Shown piece by piece: positions 38,468 through 49,700 of a stretch of 64,000 nucleotides of DNA (position 1 is the first letter of the stretch; every line of letters starts with the position of its first letter). The DNA is from Candidatus Parcubacteria bacterium (GTDB lineage: Bacteria; Patescibacteriota; Minisyncoccia; Minisyncoccales; JAGMDC01), in the NCBI GenBank assembly GCA_023128895.1, contig JAGMDC010000002.1:17368-81367 (forward strand), read 5' to 3'. The notes under the pieces were generated by a model. That model was not told where the DNA came from. It saw only the letters and a list, made by a program, of their open reading frames with translations, and made no database searches. A program made the translations under genes and the position numbers.

Positions 38468-39559
38468 TTAGAGTGTCGGAGTACAAATGTAAATGATTGT
38501 TGTGGTATGCTCTCCGGGAGGCGTAACACCGGCAATCCCTACTTGATATCCTACCCGAATGCTTCCTGAGCCGCTAGTTGTCCCGTCGGCAGGGCCGTCA
38601 TGATAAGCAACCTCTAAAGGCGCAGTTGTAAACTTGGCCCATTTATCGCTAATAAATCTATCCGCTGTTCCTGCTAAGGTCGCATCATCAGTAGTATAAC
38701 CAAAATCCTCATCAGTCGTGCTTTCCGGGAAAACAGATGGCGTGTCGTTTGTACCAGCGTGGTCATCAATATCATGAGTTCCGTCTACTTGCAGTGTTTG
38801 GGTATATTCTGTGGTCACAGTATAGCCGCCGTCGGCATTAGTAGTTGTCTGTAAATCATGGGCGGCAATCTTATTAGTTGAGGTTGTAACTGTTCCAAAA
38901 GTAACAGCAGATGCGCTGGTGGTGGCTACATTAGTAGTCGCTGTATTTACGGTCTGGCCTGAAGCAACATTAGCAATTACAAAAGTTAAAGTTTCAGCCA
39001 CTGTAGCTGAAACCGAAACACCGGAAATAATGTAAACCAGTGCATCGCCGGAATCAGTAGTAGCATTAATACCAACAGTATAACTAGCCGAAGGTGTGGG
39101 ATTGGTAATCTTTGTTACGCCAGTGCCAAGAGTAATTACCTTTGCTCCAGCCGTTACCGTATCACCTGCACAGACCGTAAAGGTTACGTGTTTAGGACTA
39201 ACACTACTATAGGTCATTTCCACTTCATCACCCACCCCAGCACAGACAGATACCAAAGTAGCACCGCTGAAAGTCATATCGCCTACAACGAAAGCAGGAA
39301 TAGTCCAATCATCAGAATAGCTAATTTTTATGGTCTGGCCCGTAGTGACTGTATTCGTGGTCGTAAAATTAATCGTCTGTTTTGAATCTGTAGTCGGCCG
39401 TGAGTCGTCAAGGGTGCATTTCACGCTGGTCAAAGCCGCTGCGTCAGCGAGATTCGGAACAATTAAAAAACCTGTGGTTAAAAATAACAATCCTATAATC
39501 AGCAATGATACAATCTGAATCTTGCCGGACATTTTCGCTATGTTTATAATTTTTTTCAT
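38468..39559 (-). CDS. secreted Thr-rich protein sharing its C-terminal domain with the giant protein (WxL-like)
   Basis: 363 aa. Signal/TM start. The C-terminal ~170 aa align with the giant protein's C-terminus (LTF...TNADGGY...FGY...TTTIIYICTPTL against LSF...TATFGY...WGY...KTTIIYIVTPEF). Confidence 0.4.
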   Translation of the reverse strand: MKKIINIAKMSGKIQIVSLLIIGLLFLTTGFLIVPNLADAAALTSVKCTLDDSRPTTDSKQTINFTTTNTVTTGQTIKISYSDDWTIPAFVVGDMTFSGATLVSVCAGVGDEVEMTYSSVSPKHVTFTVCAGDTVTAGAKVITLGTGVTKITNPTPSASYTVGINATTDSGDALVYIISGVSVSATVAETLTFVIANVASGQTVNTATTNVATTSASAVTFGTVTTSTNKIAAHDLQTTTNADGGYTVTTEYTQTLQVDGTHDIDDHAGTNDTPSVFPESTTDEDFGYTTDDATLAGTADRFISDKWAKFTTAPLEVAYHDGPADGTTSGSGSIRVGYQVGIAGVTPPGEHTTTIIYICTPTL

Positions 39560-39593
39560 TTTTTCAAAAGATTTAATTATTTTTCGACCTTTA

Positions 39594-39662
39594 CCCTGTG
39601 AAATGCGCCTTCGGCGGCAACCGAAACACTCAATGCTTTGAGTACTCGGTTATTTCACGGGG
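39594..39662 (-). promoter_or_regulatory. structured 5' leader (three-way junction) upstream of 38468..39559
   Basis: Outer stem CCCGTGAAAT/ATTTCACAGGG encloses a long hairpin AACCGAGTACTCAA-AGCA-TTGAGTGTTTCGGTT and a short GC hairpin. Lies downstream of a TGg-TATAAT promoter (39684-39712). Confidence 0.4.
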
Positions 39663-39726
39663 TTAATTTTATTATATTTTTTTATTATACCAAAAAATAT
39701 TTATCCAGTAAACTGTGGACAACTGC

Positions 39727-40740
39727 TTAATTTCTGGCTTGCTGTTTTAGACCAAACAAAACTTTCCCTGCTGCCCAAATTCTCCTTCTTAAGATAATAA
39801 ACAACGCTCCTATCCAAAGGACAGCAATAATCGTTTTCCAGGGAAAGGCCCAAAACCTTATCTGCTCTACAATTGGCTGGTCACTGCCAGGCACATTCAA
39901 GACCATTATCGCTGTATGGGGACCGAAACGGAAATTGCGCTCAAAAAATGATTCATCCTGAAAAACTTTTACATTAATATTGCGGGTGCGGTTAGGCAGC
40001 AAAAATCTCTCAGGCAAATCGGCCCGGGCAATAGATTTGCCGAACATATTCTGAATATCCACAAATCCATTGGCTTTGAAGTGATAAATGCCTGTATTGT
40101 CCACCTTCGCGAAAAGCTCTTTTACAATATTCTCAAACACGCCGGCTTCCGCGAAAGGAAGAATTTTTTCTAACAATCCAATTGAATCAGCGTCTTTCAG
40201 CTCAAATAATTGGATATTTGCCTGGTATAACTCTCTGTCTCCGTCTAAACTCAAAATGGGTATCTTAATAAAAAACAAAACGCCCAGTTCCGGCAGCATT
40301 CTGGGGCCTTGTTCAGTAAAATAGTATTCCGGCACCACTGCTTGAAAGCGCATCATTACAAAATAGGAGCCCGGGGACACATCCGCTGGCGGCTCTATTT
40401 GAAAATTGATTTGCTTCTTTCCGTCCGGCTCAAGGATAAAATCCATATTCTCTTCTATCTGAAACCACTTCGCGGCATTGAGAGCAGGTTCAGCCATAAC
40501 AAACTCAATATCATCGGAATCCTCTTTTAAATCCCAGAGTGAAAGCTGAATATGGACCGGAAGGGCAACGCTTTTTGAGGTATTAAAAACAGCCAGATTA
40601 TCTTTATAAGAATCACCTGCCAAAATACTTAAATCAAAAAGGTTTTTGGTTGTGGCAAGCCCTATTTCAGTTGCTTGCGCGTTGCCGCCCAAAACCAGAA
40701 AAAAGACAATAATAAATGTAAGTATGGTAATTTGTTTCAT
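39727..40740 (-). CDS. CscA-like (DUF916/DUF3324-type) membrane-anchored cell-surface protein, copy 2
   Basis: 337 aa. Signal peptide; C-terminal FWAFPWK plus a TM helix and RRRIW. Its start overlaps the giant gene's stop by 1 nt. Confidence 0.4.
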   Translation of the reverse strand: MKQITILTFIIVFFLVLGGNAQATEIGLATTKNLFDLSILAGDSYKDNLAVFNTSKSVALPVHIQLSLWDLKEDSDDIEFVMAEPALNAAKWFQIEENMDFILEPDGKKQINFQIEPPADVSPGSYFVMMRFQAVVPEYYFTEQGPRMLPELGVLFFIKIPILSLDGDRELYQANIQLFELKDADSIGLLEKILPFAEAGVFENIVKELFAKVDNTGIYHFKANGFVDIQNMFGKSIARADLPERFLLPNRTRNINVKVFQDESFFERNFRFGPHTAIMVLNVPGSDQPIVEQIRFWAFPWKTIIAVLWIGALFIILRRRIWAAGKVLFGLKQQARN

Positions 40741-43700
40741 TAGAATTCTGGGGTAACGATGTATATAATGGTTGTTTTATAAGGACCGGCTGACTGGGTG
40801 GCTAAAACCGACGCCCTATAAGTAATTGTTGTCGCGTCATTGGTAACCGGGGCGGTTGATTTTGCCACAATATCACCCGGCGCCTGGCTTGAACCAACAA
40901 AACCGGCGTATTCATTCGCGGCAAACTGCGTCAGGTCTGCATCACCTGTATTATATCCCCAGCCGCATTGAGTATTATCAATGCAGGTTCCTGTCCAAAC
41001 CGTTGGAACAGCGTTTGTTCCTGCCCAATCAGATATAGTCACGGAAGAATAAGCAGTATGGCGCATATTGTCTGTTTCATAGGCAGTGAGATTATAGCCG
41101 AATGTCGCGGTTGTGCTTACGGTAAGAGTGGTCGTGGCAGTAGCGGTAAAGGTATTAACGCTGTTTAAATCAAGACTTTTAGAGGCAGCATCCAGGGTAA
41201 ATGACAAACTCGGGAAAAGCCAGCAAGAGCCATTATTGCCGCCATCGGTTGAGGTATTTTCCAGAGAGATATTTGTGCTTGAGCCAGCGCAGCCGGAATT
41301 TGATATATGGGCATAAGTAACATCCTCTGTCCCTTGGTGGTTTATAAGCCATTGGGTAGTAGTTGTAGAGTTAATAATAATCTGGTTGCTGTCAGCGCCT
41401 TGAATAAGGAAATTCCCGTTAATCTGGAAGGTTTTCGTTGCGGTAAACTTCAGGGTCTTACCCGCGGTCGTTGAGGTAAAGTTGTGAAAGGTAATGGCCG
41501 GGGTTCCAGAACCGTCCAATACAGAAATTCCTGTTGTATCAAAAGTTACGGTGCCTGAGTTTGCGGTAAATGTTCCGTTATTAGTAAAGTTGGCGGCAAC
41601 CCGGAAAGAAGCCGTGGAAGAAGCGGAAAATATTCCTTGGGAGGAAATGAGGATAGAACCGTTAATGTCAAATACACGGTCATTGGAAGTTTCATTGTCA
41701 AAGGTAATGGTCTGGGTTCCTGAATCCCCCAGGGTCAGGGTGCCTGAAATAATAATATCCCCTGTCCCGGCATTCGGGGTAATGGCGCGGGTGGCAGCCC
41801 CGTCTGAATTATTAAATTTCAAATTATTAAATGTCCAGTTGTTCGCGCCGGAGCTTGAGCCGAAAGTTTTATTGAGAGCCACTATCTGCTCAAATGTGCC
41901 GCTTGTTAAAGTCACTGTTCCTGCCCCTGTAATATTTCCTTTCGCCGTCACATTATTGGTTCCTGCCAAAGTGCCGCTGGTAACAGTAAGGTCGTTGCCA
42001 GATTCAATATCTACTCCCAAAGTAAAGGTGCCTGTGCCATTGATAATAAGATTATTAAAAGCATTAGAGCCGGTCATAGCGGCAGAGGCCAAGGCCGTTA
42101 CTCCTGAGCCGGAAGTGTACTCAACCGTTCCGGTTGATGCGGTAAAGGTGCCGCCGCGGGTCAATGGCGTGCCGGACCCGGTGAGCGTTAAGGTATTTGA
42201 GCCATTAGCTGAAAGGGTTTGACTAACATAAATATTGACGCTGGCAGCTTTGACTGAAGAACCAAGATTAATAACTAAGGTTGTGCCATTGATTTCCACT
42301 GCTCCTAAGTCATCAATAGCGGCGGCGTTAGTCCAGGTATATGGTCCAGTAGTGCCGTCAAAAATAAAAATGCCCGTGCCGCTGGTAAAATTACCATTAG
42401 CATTGATTGCCAAATTCTTGTCTAAATTAATATTATGAGCGCCCTGGCCAAGGGTTCCAAAATCAATTGTTAAATCGTTATTGACTTCAAGAGCCGAAGA
42501 TAAATTCCAAGTAGCAGTACCTGAAGTTTGACCAAAAGTAAGGTTATGGAAAGCCGAGCTGCCGTTTAAAGTTCCTGAAAGGGTTTTAGTGTCAGCAGCA
42601 GCGTCAAAGGTTACTGTGCCTGAACCGTGAGTGAACGCTCCGCTGTTTGTCCAACTGCCACCTATTGTAAAGGCGGCTGAAGGAGCGGCTGAGAAAGTGA
42701 CACCAGCGCCAATGCTGACATCATTGTTAATGTCTAAAATCCGATTATTAGTATTGTTGTCCACTGCCAGAGAAGTGCCGGTGTTAGTCAAAGTTAAATC
42801 ATTGGAAACAGTAAATGTGCCGGTATTGGTACCGTTAAAGGTAATAGTAGGGGTTCCCGCGCTGCTGTCAAAAATCAAGTTGTAAAAAATCCAATTATCG
42901 GCTCCTGCAATTTGAGGGCCAAAGCTCTTGCTTGTGCCAACGCTCTGCTTAAATGTATTGGTGGTGGTCATACTGATAACGCCGCAGCTTGCCCCGCATT
43001 TGACATCGCCGTTGGCTGTGACATTAGCGGTTCCGCTTGTGGTATTAAAAATTCCATTGGTCATTGTCAAATCTCCAATAATAGTCATTGTGTTGGTTAA
43101 AGGAGACCATTCGCCGCTAACGCCGCTAAAAATGACATTGGAAAAGGAAGAAGAACCAGCATTGACGGTATGGCCGGCGTCAACAGCGTCAAAGGTTACT
43201 GTGCCTGAACCGTGAGTGAACGCTCCGCTATTGGTCCAACTGCCACCTACTGTAAAGGCGGCTGAAGGAGCGGCTGAGAAAGTGACACCAGCGCCAATGC
43301 TGACATCATTGTTAATGTCTAAAATCCGATTATTAGTATTGTTGTCCACTGCCAGAGAAGTGCCGGTGTTAGTCAAAGTTAAATCATTGGAAACAGTAAA
43401 TGTGCCAGTATTGGTACCGTTGAATGTAATAGTAGGTGTTCCCGCGCTGCTGTCAAAAATCAAGTTGTAAAAAGTCCAATTATTGGCTCCAACAATTTGA
43501 GGGCCAAAGCTCTTGCTTGTGCCAACGCTCTGCTTAAATGTACTTGCGCTGGTCAAACTTATGGTGCCGCAGCTTGCTCCGCATTTGACATCGCCCTTTG
43601 CTGTAATGTCATTTGTGCCAGACAAAGTGCCGGCAGTCATAGTCAGGTCAACATCAATAATAGTACTGTCAGCAAAGGACCAGCCGCCGTTTGTCCCATT

Positions 43701-46700
43701 GAAAATTATGGTATCAAAGTTTTCGCCGCCGTCAGTAATCGTATGGCCTGTTGCTGTGGCCGTGAAAGTAGTGGTCTGGGGATTGGTCTTGTTAAAAGTG
43801 CCTTCATTGTAAAAATCGCCGCCAACAGAGAGGGCGTTGGCGCCCATAGTAAGAATGCCTGTCCCCTCAATATGGATATCTCCGTCAACATTAGTATCTG
43901 TGCCGTCATTGGACGGAGAGGTTGTCACAGTACCGCCCGGTTCAAATGTATCAGTTGTCCAGACATAGAGTTTCCTTGTGTCGCTAACCACTAAGTTATA
44001 TGTTCCTGAAAGGTCGGAAGTAAAACCAATTTGGGCGTCAGTGCATTCAATTCCGGTGGTAGTGCTGTTATTGTCGCAATCCGCTAAATTCGCGTTTGTC
44101 ACGCTGCCTGTATGCTCGTTGCGGATAATGACCCGATTCTGGTAGAGGTGAAGTCCTGTACAGTCGCCGCCGGTACAGCCATCGCCGTACTTAAGAACGA
44201 TTGTCCCCTTCTCGCCGCCAGTTGCTCCGTTAATCCAGATAGTTAGGACATCGCCAGCGCTCGGTGTTGTCGTAACGCTGATTGACCAATTGCCAGAAGC
44301 GTCAGTGCCGTTAGAATCCGAAAAAGCAACACCTGTGGTGGAATTGACAAGCTTTATAGCGCCGCCGCTGGTGTTGAGAGTATTGCTGCCCTCATCAGTA
44401 TAAGCTACGCCTGAAACAGTAATGCCAACGCCGAAATTCCAGTTTTCGTTATTGCCTCCATTATCATTTGTTCCGTCAGCAGCTTGAATTGTATCGCCTG
44501 AATTAGCATTAGAGTATGATACAGAAACATAAGAAATAGATTCAGTAGCCGCGGCGTTTAAATTCAAAAGCCATTGTGTAGTAGGTGCTGATGGGGCAAG
44601 AGTTAAAAGCTGGCCAGAAATGCCTGTCAAAGTCAAGGAACCTCCTGAAACAATTGTCTGGGTAATGGCAACGTCGCTTTCAAATGTAATAGTTCTGGCA
44701 GTAGAAGTAGTGATGGACAGGTCATACCATGAATTACTGCTGTTGATTGTCTGCGCGCCGGCGCCGTTAAAATTCACTGTCCCGCTGTTATGGGTAAAGG
44801 CATCGTTATTAGTCCAGTTGCCTGCTACGGCCAAAGAAGAAGGAGCAACAAATGTGTGAGTTCCTGTTCCGCTGCTAGTAATTAAAAAGTTTCCTCCAAC
44901 ATCAGTGTTCCCTCCGGAAGTATAGGTAACAGTGTTATTGTCAGAAACGTTTCCAATGGTCAGATTATTATATTTATTAGAACCTGTGAGAGCTGTAATT
45001 GTGGTGGCAGATGTTCCCTCATAAGCCACTGTTGAAGTTGAAGCAGTAAAAGTTCCTTTATTTGTAAAAGGCGTACCAGAGCCGGATAAAGTCCAGGTTT
45101 TAGAGCCGGCATTCAAAATATGGCTTGATTCAATAATAAGCAGATTGGAAACAGATATTGCGCCTGAATTTTGAGAGGCTGAAGTTCCTGAAGTGCTGCC
45201 ATCGCCAAAAGAGAGAGAAACAAATGTCCAAGCGTTGCTGCCGCCAAAATTACCGCTGCTGATGAGAGTAAAGATAGGCCTGAGAAAATCAGAAACGCTT
45301 TCTTCTCCTTTTCCTTTATGCACTCTTTGGGGAACTGATTTGTCAGATATCTGTCCGTCTCCTAATTGGCCGTTTCCAGCAACTCCCCAGCAATAGGCGT
45401 TGTCTGCGTTTGACCAAGCGCAGCCATGATAATAGCCCGCGATAATGGTTTTGATGTTGGTTAAATTGGTGTTGTCATGATCGCCAGTTACTGCCTCGCC
45501 TTTAAGAACCCTGACCGGAGTTGTTTTATCTAATGTTGTCTGTCCGTCTCCTAAGCGGCCGTTTGCAGGATATCCCCAGCAATAAGCATTGCCTGCGTTA
45601 GAAACAGCGCAGGTATGATGATAGCCCGTGCTAATGCTTTTCGCATTGGCAAGCCAGTCAGTATCGTAATCGCCTGATACTGCCTCTCCTTTATGAACTC
45701 TTTGGGGAACTGTTTTGTCAGTTTCTTGTCCGTCTCCTAAGCGGCCGTCTAAAGCATATCCCCAGCAATAAGCGTTGCCTGCATGTGAAACAGCGCAGGT
45801 ATGACGATAGTCCGCGCTAATGCTTTTCACATTGATAAGCCAGTCAGTATCGTAATCGCCTGATACTGCCTCTCCTTTATGCACTCTTTGGGGGATTGAT
45901 TTAATTGCTGTCTGTCCGTCCCCTAAGCGGCCATTTCCAGCATATCCCCAGCAATAAGCGTTGCCTGCATGTGAAACAGCGCAGCTATGATTAGCACCCG
46001 CGGCAATGCTTTGCACATTGGCAAGCCAATCAGTATCGAAATCGCCGGTTACTGCCTCTCCTTTATGCACTCTTTGGGGGGTTGTTTGCGGAGTTTCAGT
46101 TTCTTGTCCGTCTCCTAATTGGCCATATCCAGCATATCCCCAACAGTAAGCGTTGCTTGCGTTTGACACAGCGCAGGTATGGGCATTAGCCGTGCTAATG
46201 TTTTTCACATTGGCAAGCCAGTCAGCATCGTAATCGCCTGATGCCGCCTCTCCTTTATGCACTCTTTGGGGGACTGATTTGTCAGCTGTCTGTCCGTCTC
46301 CTAAACGGCCATCTGCACCATCTCCCCAACAGTAGATGTTATCTGCGTTGGAAACAGCGCAGGTATAACCATTACGAGCGCTAATGGTTTTGACGCTGGT
46401 TAAATTGATGCCATCATGATCACCGATTACTGCCTCTCCTTTAAGAACCCTGACCGGAGTTGTTTTATCTACTGTTGTCTGTCCGTCTCCTAAGCGGCCA
46501 TTTGCAGCCATTCCCCAGCAATATGCGTTGTTTGTGTTAGAAACAGCGCAGGTATGATGACCTCCGGCGCTAATGATTTTAATATTGTTGAAAAAATCAG
46601 CAACAGCAGTATCACTGGTCGCTGCCTCTCCTTTATGCGCTCTTTGGGGGATAGACTTATCAGTTGTTGTCTGTCCGTCTCCTAAGCGGCCGTTTCCAGC

Positions 46701-49700
46701 AACTCCCCAGCAATAGGCGTTGCCTGCGTTGGAAACAGCGCAGGTATGATGACCTCCGGCGCTAATGGGTTTAACATCGCCCAGCAAATCCATGTCAGCA
46801 ATATCACTGGCTGCCGCCTCTCCTTTAAGAGCCCTGACTGGAGTTGTATAGTCTCCAGATGTTTGACCATTCCCTAAGCGGCCATTGTCAGCAGCTCCCC
46901 AACAATAAGGATTGCCTGCATTGGAAACAGCGCAGGTATAACCATTACCCGCGTTAATGATTTTAATGTTGGCAAGATGAGTGCCGTCATAGTCGCCTGA
47001 TACCGCCTCTCCCTGGTGCACTCTTTGGGGGTCTGATTTGTCAACTTTCTGTCCGTCTCCTAATTGGCCATATAAAGCATCTCCCCAGCAATAAGTGTTG
47101 CCTGCGTTGGAAACGGCGCAGGTATGGTAACTTCCGGCGCTAATGCTTTTCACGTTGGCAAGCCAAGTCTCGGTGCTGTCATAATCGCCTGATACCGCCT
47201 CTCCTTTATGCACTCTTTGAGGGACTGATTTGTCATCTGCTATCTGTCCGTCTCCTAAGCGGCCATCTTCAGACTCTCCCCAACAATAAGCATTGCCCGC
47301 ATAGGAAACAGCGCAGGTATGGGATTTTCCGCTCTCATAGCCAGCTCCGGCACTAATGCTTTTAACGTTGGCAAGCCAGTCGGTATCAAAATCGCTTGAT
47401 GCCGCCTCTCCTTTATGAACTCTTTGTGGGACTGATTTGGTTTCTGCCTGGCCGTCTCCTAATTGGCCATATAAAGCATATCCCCAACAGTAAGCGTTGC
47501 CTGCATTGGAAACAGCGCAGGTGTGGTAATCTCCGGCACTAATGCTTTTCACATTGGCAAGCCAGTCAGTATCGAAATCGCCTGATGCCGCCTCTCCTTT
47601 ATGCACTCTTTGAGGGACTAATTTTTCAGTTGTCCCGCCGTCTCCTAACCGGCCATTTCCACCCTCTCCCCAGCAATAAGCATTGCCCGCATTGGAAACG
47701 GCGCAGGTATGGTAACCTCCGGCACTAATGCTTTTCACATTGGCAAGCCAGTCAGTATCGAAATCGCCTGATGCCGCCTCTCCTTTATGCACTCTTTGAG
47801 GAACAGATTTTTCAGTTGTCCCGCCGTCTCCTAAGCGGCCGTTTCCATCACTTCCCCAGCAATAAGCATTGCCCGCATTGGAAACGGCGCAGGTATGGTA
47901 AGCTCCGGCGCTAATGGTTTTAATGTTGGCGAGGTGGGTGCCGTCAGAAAAAGTAAGAATGCCGCTTCCATCAGCAGTTCCTCCTTTTACGGTAAGGTTG
48001 CTGGTATTGGACAAAGTGCCGGCCGTCATTGTAAGATTACCATTTATAATCGCAGAATCTGTGAAAGACCATCCGCCATTGGAACCGCTGAAGATGGCAT
48101 CTTCAAAAATGTTTTCTGTAATCTCAAAACCGGAAGCTGTGGCGGTAAAACTAGTATCTTGTCCTGAAGATTTAGAAAAGGTTCCGTAGTTTGTATAGTC
48201 CCCTCCTATAGAAAGCGCGTTAGCGCCCATAGAAAGAGCGGCGCCTGATTGAATTAAAAGGTCTCCGTTAACATTAGTATCTGTGCCGTCATTGGACGGA
48301 GAGGTTGTCACAGTACCGCCCGGTTCAAATGTATCAGTTGTCCAGATATAGAGTTTCCTGGTGTCGCTAACCACTAAGTTATATGTTCCTGAAAGGTCGG
48401 AAGTAAAACCAATTTCAGTGTCTTCACATTCAGTTCCGGTGGTAGTGGTGTCATTGTCGCAATCCGCTAAATCCGCGTTTGTCACATTAACGGTATGTTC
48501 ATTGCGAATAATAACCCGATTTTGGTAGAGATGAAGGCCTGTACAGTTGCCGCCGGCACAGCCATCGCCGTACTTGAACACAAGCGTGCCGTCGGCAGAT
48601 GCTCCGTCAATCCAGATAGTAAGGACATCGCCAGCGCTCGGTGTTGTCGTAACGCTGATTGACCAATTGCCGGAAGCGTCAGTGCCGTCAGAATCCGAGA
48701 AAGTATCGCCGGTAGTAGAATTGACAAGTTTGATAGCGCCGCCGCTGGTGTTGAGAGTATTGCTGCCCTCATCAGTATAAGCTACGCCTGAAACAATAAT
48801 GCCAACACCAGATGTAGTTAGCTTGGGATAATTAGTATAAGTGGTAAAAGAAACGCCGTCATCTTCTATCATCCGAAAGCAATAAGCAGTAGAATCTGGC
48901 GCTCCATTATTTTTAATTACCCAATCCCATTCTCCTTTACTGGTACTGGTAATCTCTGCTGGATTTGCCACCGAACAATTTTCCTCTTCATATGATTCAA
49001 GAGCATTACTTTGGGAATCAAGCAGCGAGGAAGTAATCGGATCTCCATCAGAGGGCGTGGTATTACTATTATCACCCTTCCATAGAGTAGCTTGAGTTGT
49101 GGTTGATTCCTGGCTTTCTGAAGTCCCAATTTCTGGTTCCGGGTAAGCATATTTTCTGACTTTGACCCAATCAGCCTGGAGGTGGTCTGTTATAGCTGGA
49201 GCAAAACCATGGGCTTGCAATAGAATAGGCGCGGTTGCGGTTGAACTCGGACAATAGCTTGAATATGTTTCCTTATGTATTAAAGTATCTCCTTGCCAAT
49301 ATTCAGCAAAATTCCCTCTGCTAAACATTTTTATTTCATACCATGTATCAAAAGCAATAATAAGATCACGGTTCACAGAGGTTCCACTTTTTTTCAGCTG
49401 AAAATATTTTCTTGCAACCTCCCAAGCAGGCGCATAGTTCACAAATTGATAAAGATAATTATCAGTATCTTTTAAACCAATAACTGTGTAATCGTTGTTT
49501 CCTGTTTTTATCTTTGCCTTTATCTCGGTAATGTTTCCAAAAGCAAAAGAGTTATTAGTAGTTATCTTGGCTTCGCTTGGATCTCCACTGTTATGAAGTT
49601 TAGCTAAACTATCTGCGACAGTGATGCTTCCATTTCCAACAGTGGCACTGGTCCATTTTGTTCCATTTATCGCGGCATCCGGGAAATCATCAAAGAAAAT

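Noticed and set aside
42600-43590. Diversity-generating retroelement (TR/VR) hypothesis for the near-identical repeats in the giant gene.
   Set aside because: Differences between copies are not adenine-specific (g>a, t>g, t>c, a>g, g>t were seen), and no reverse transcriptase gene is in the window.
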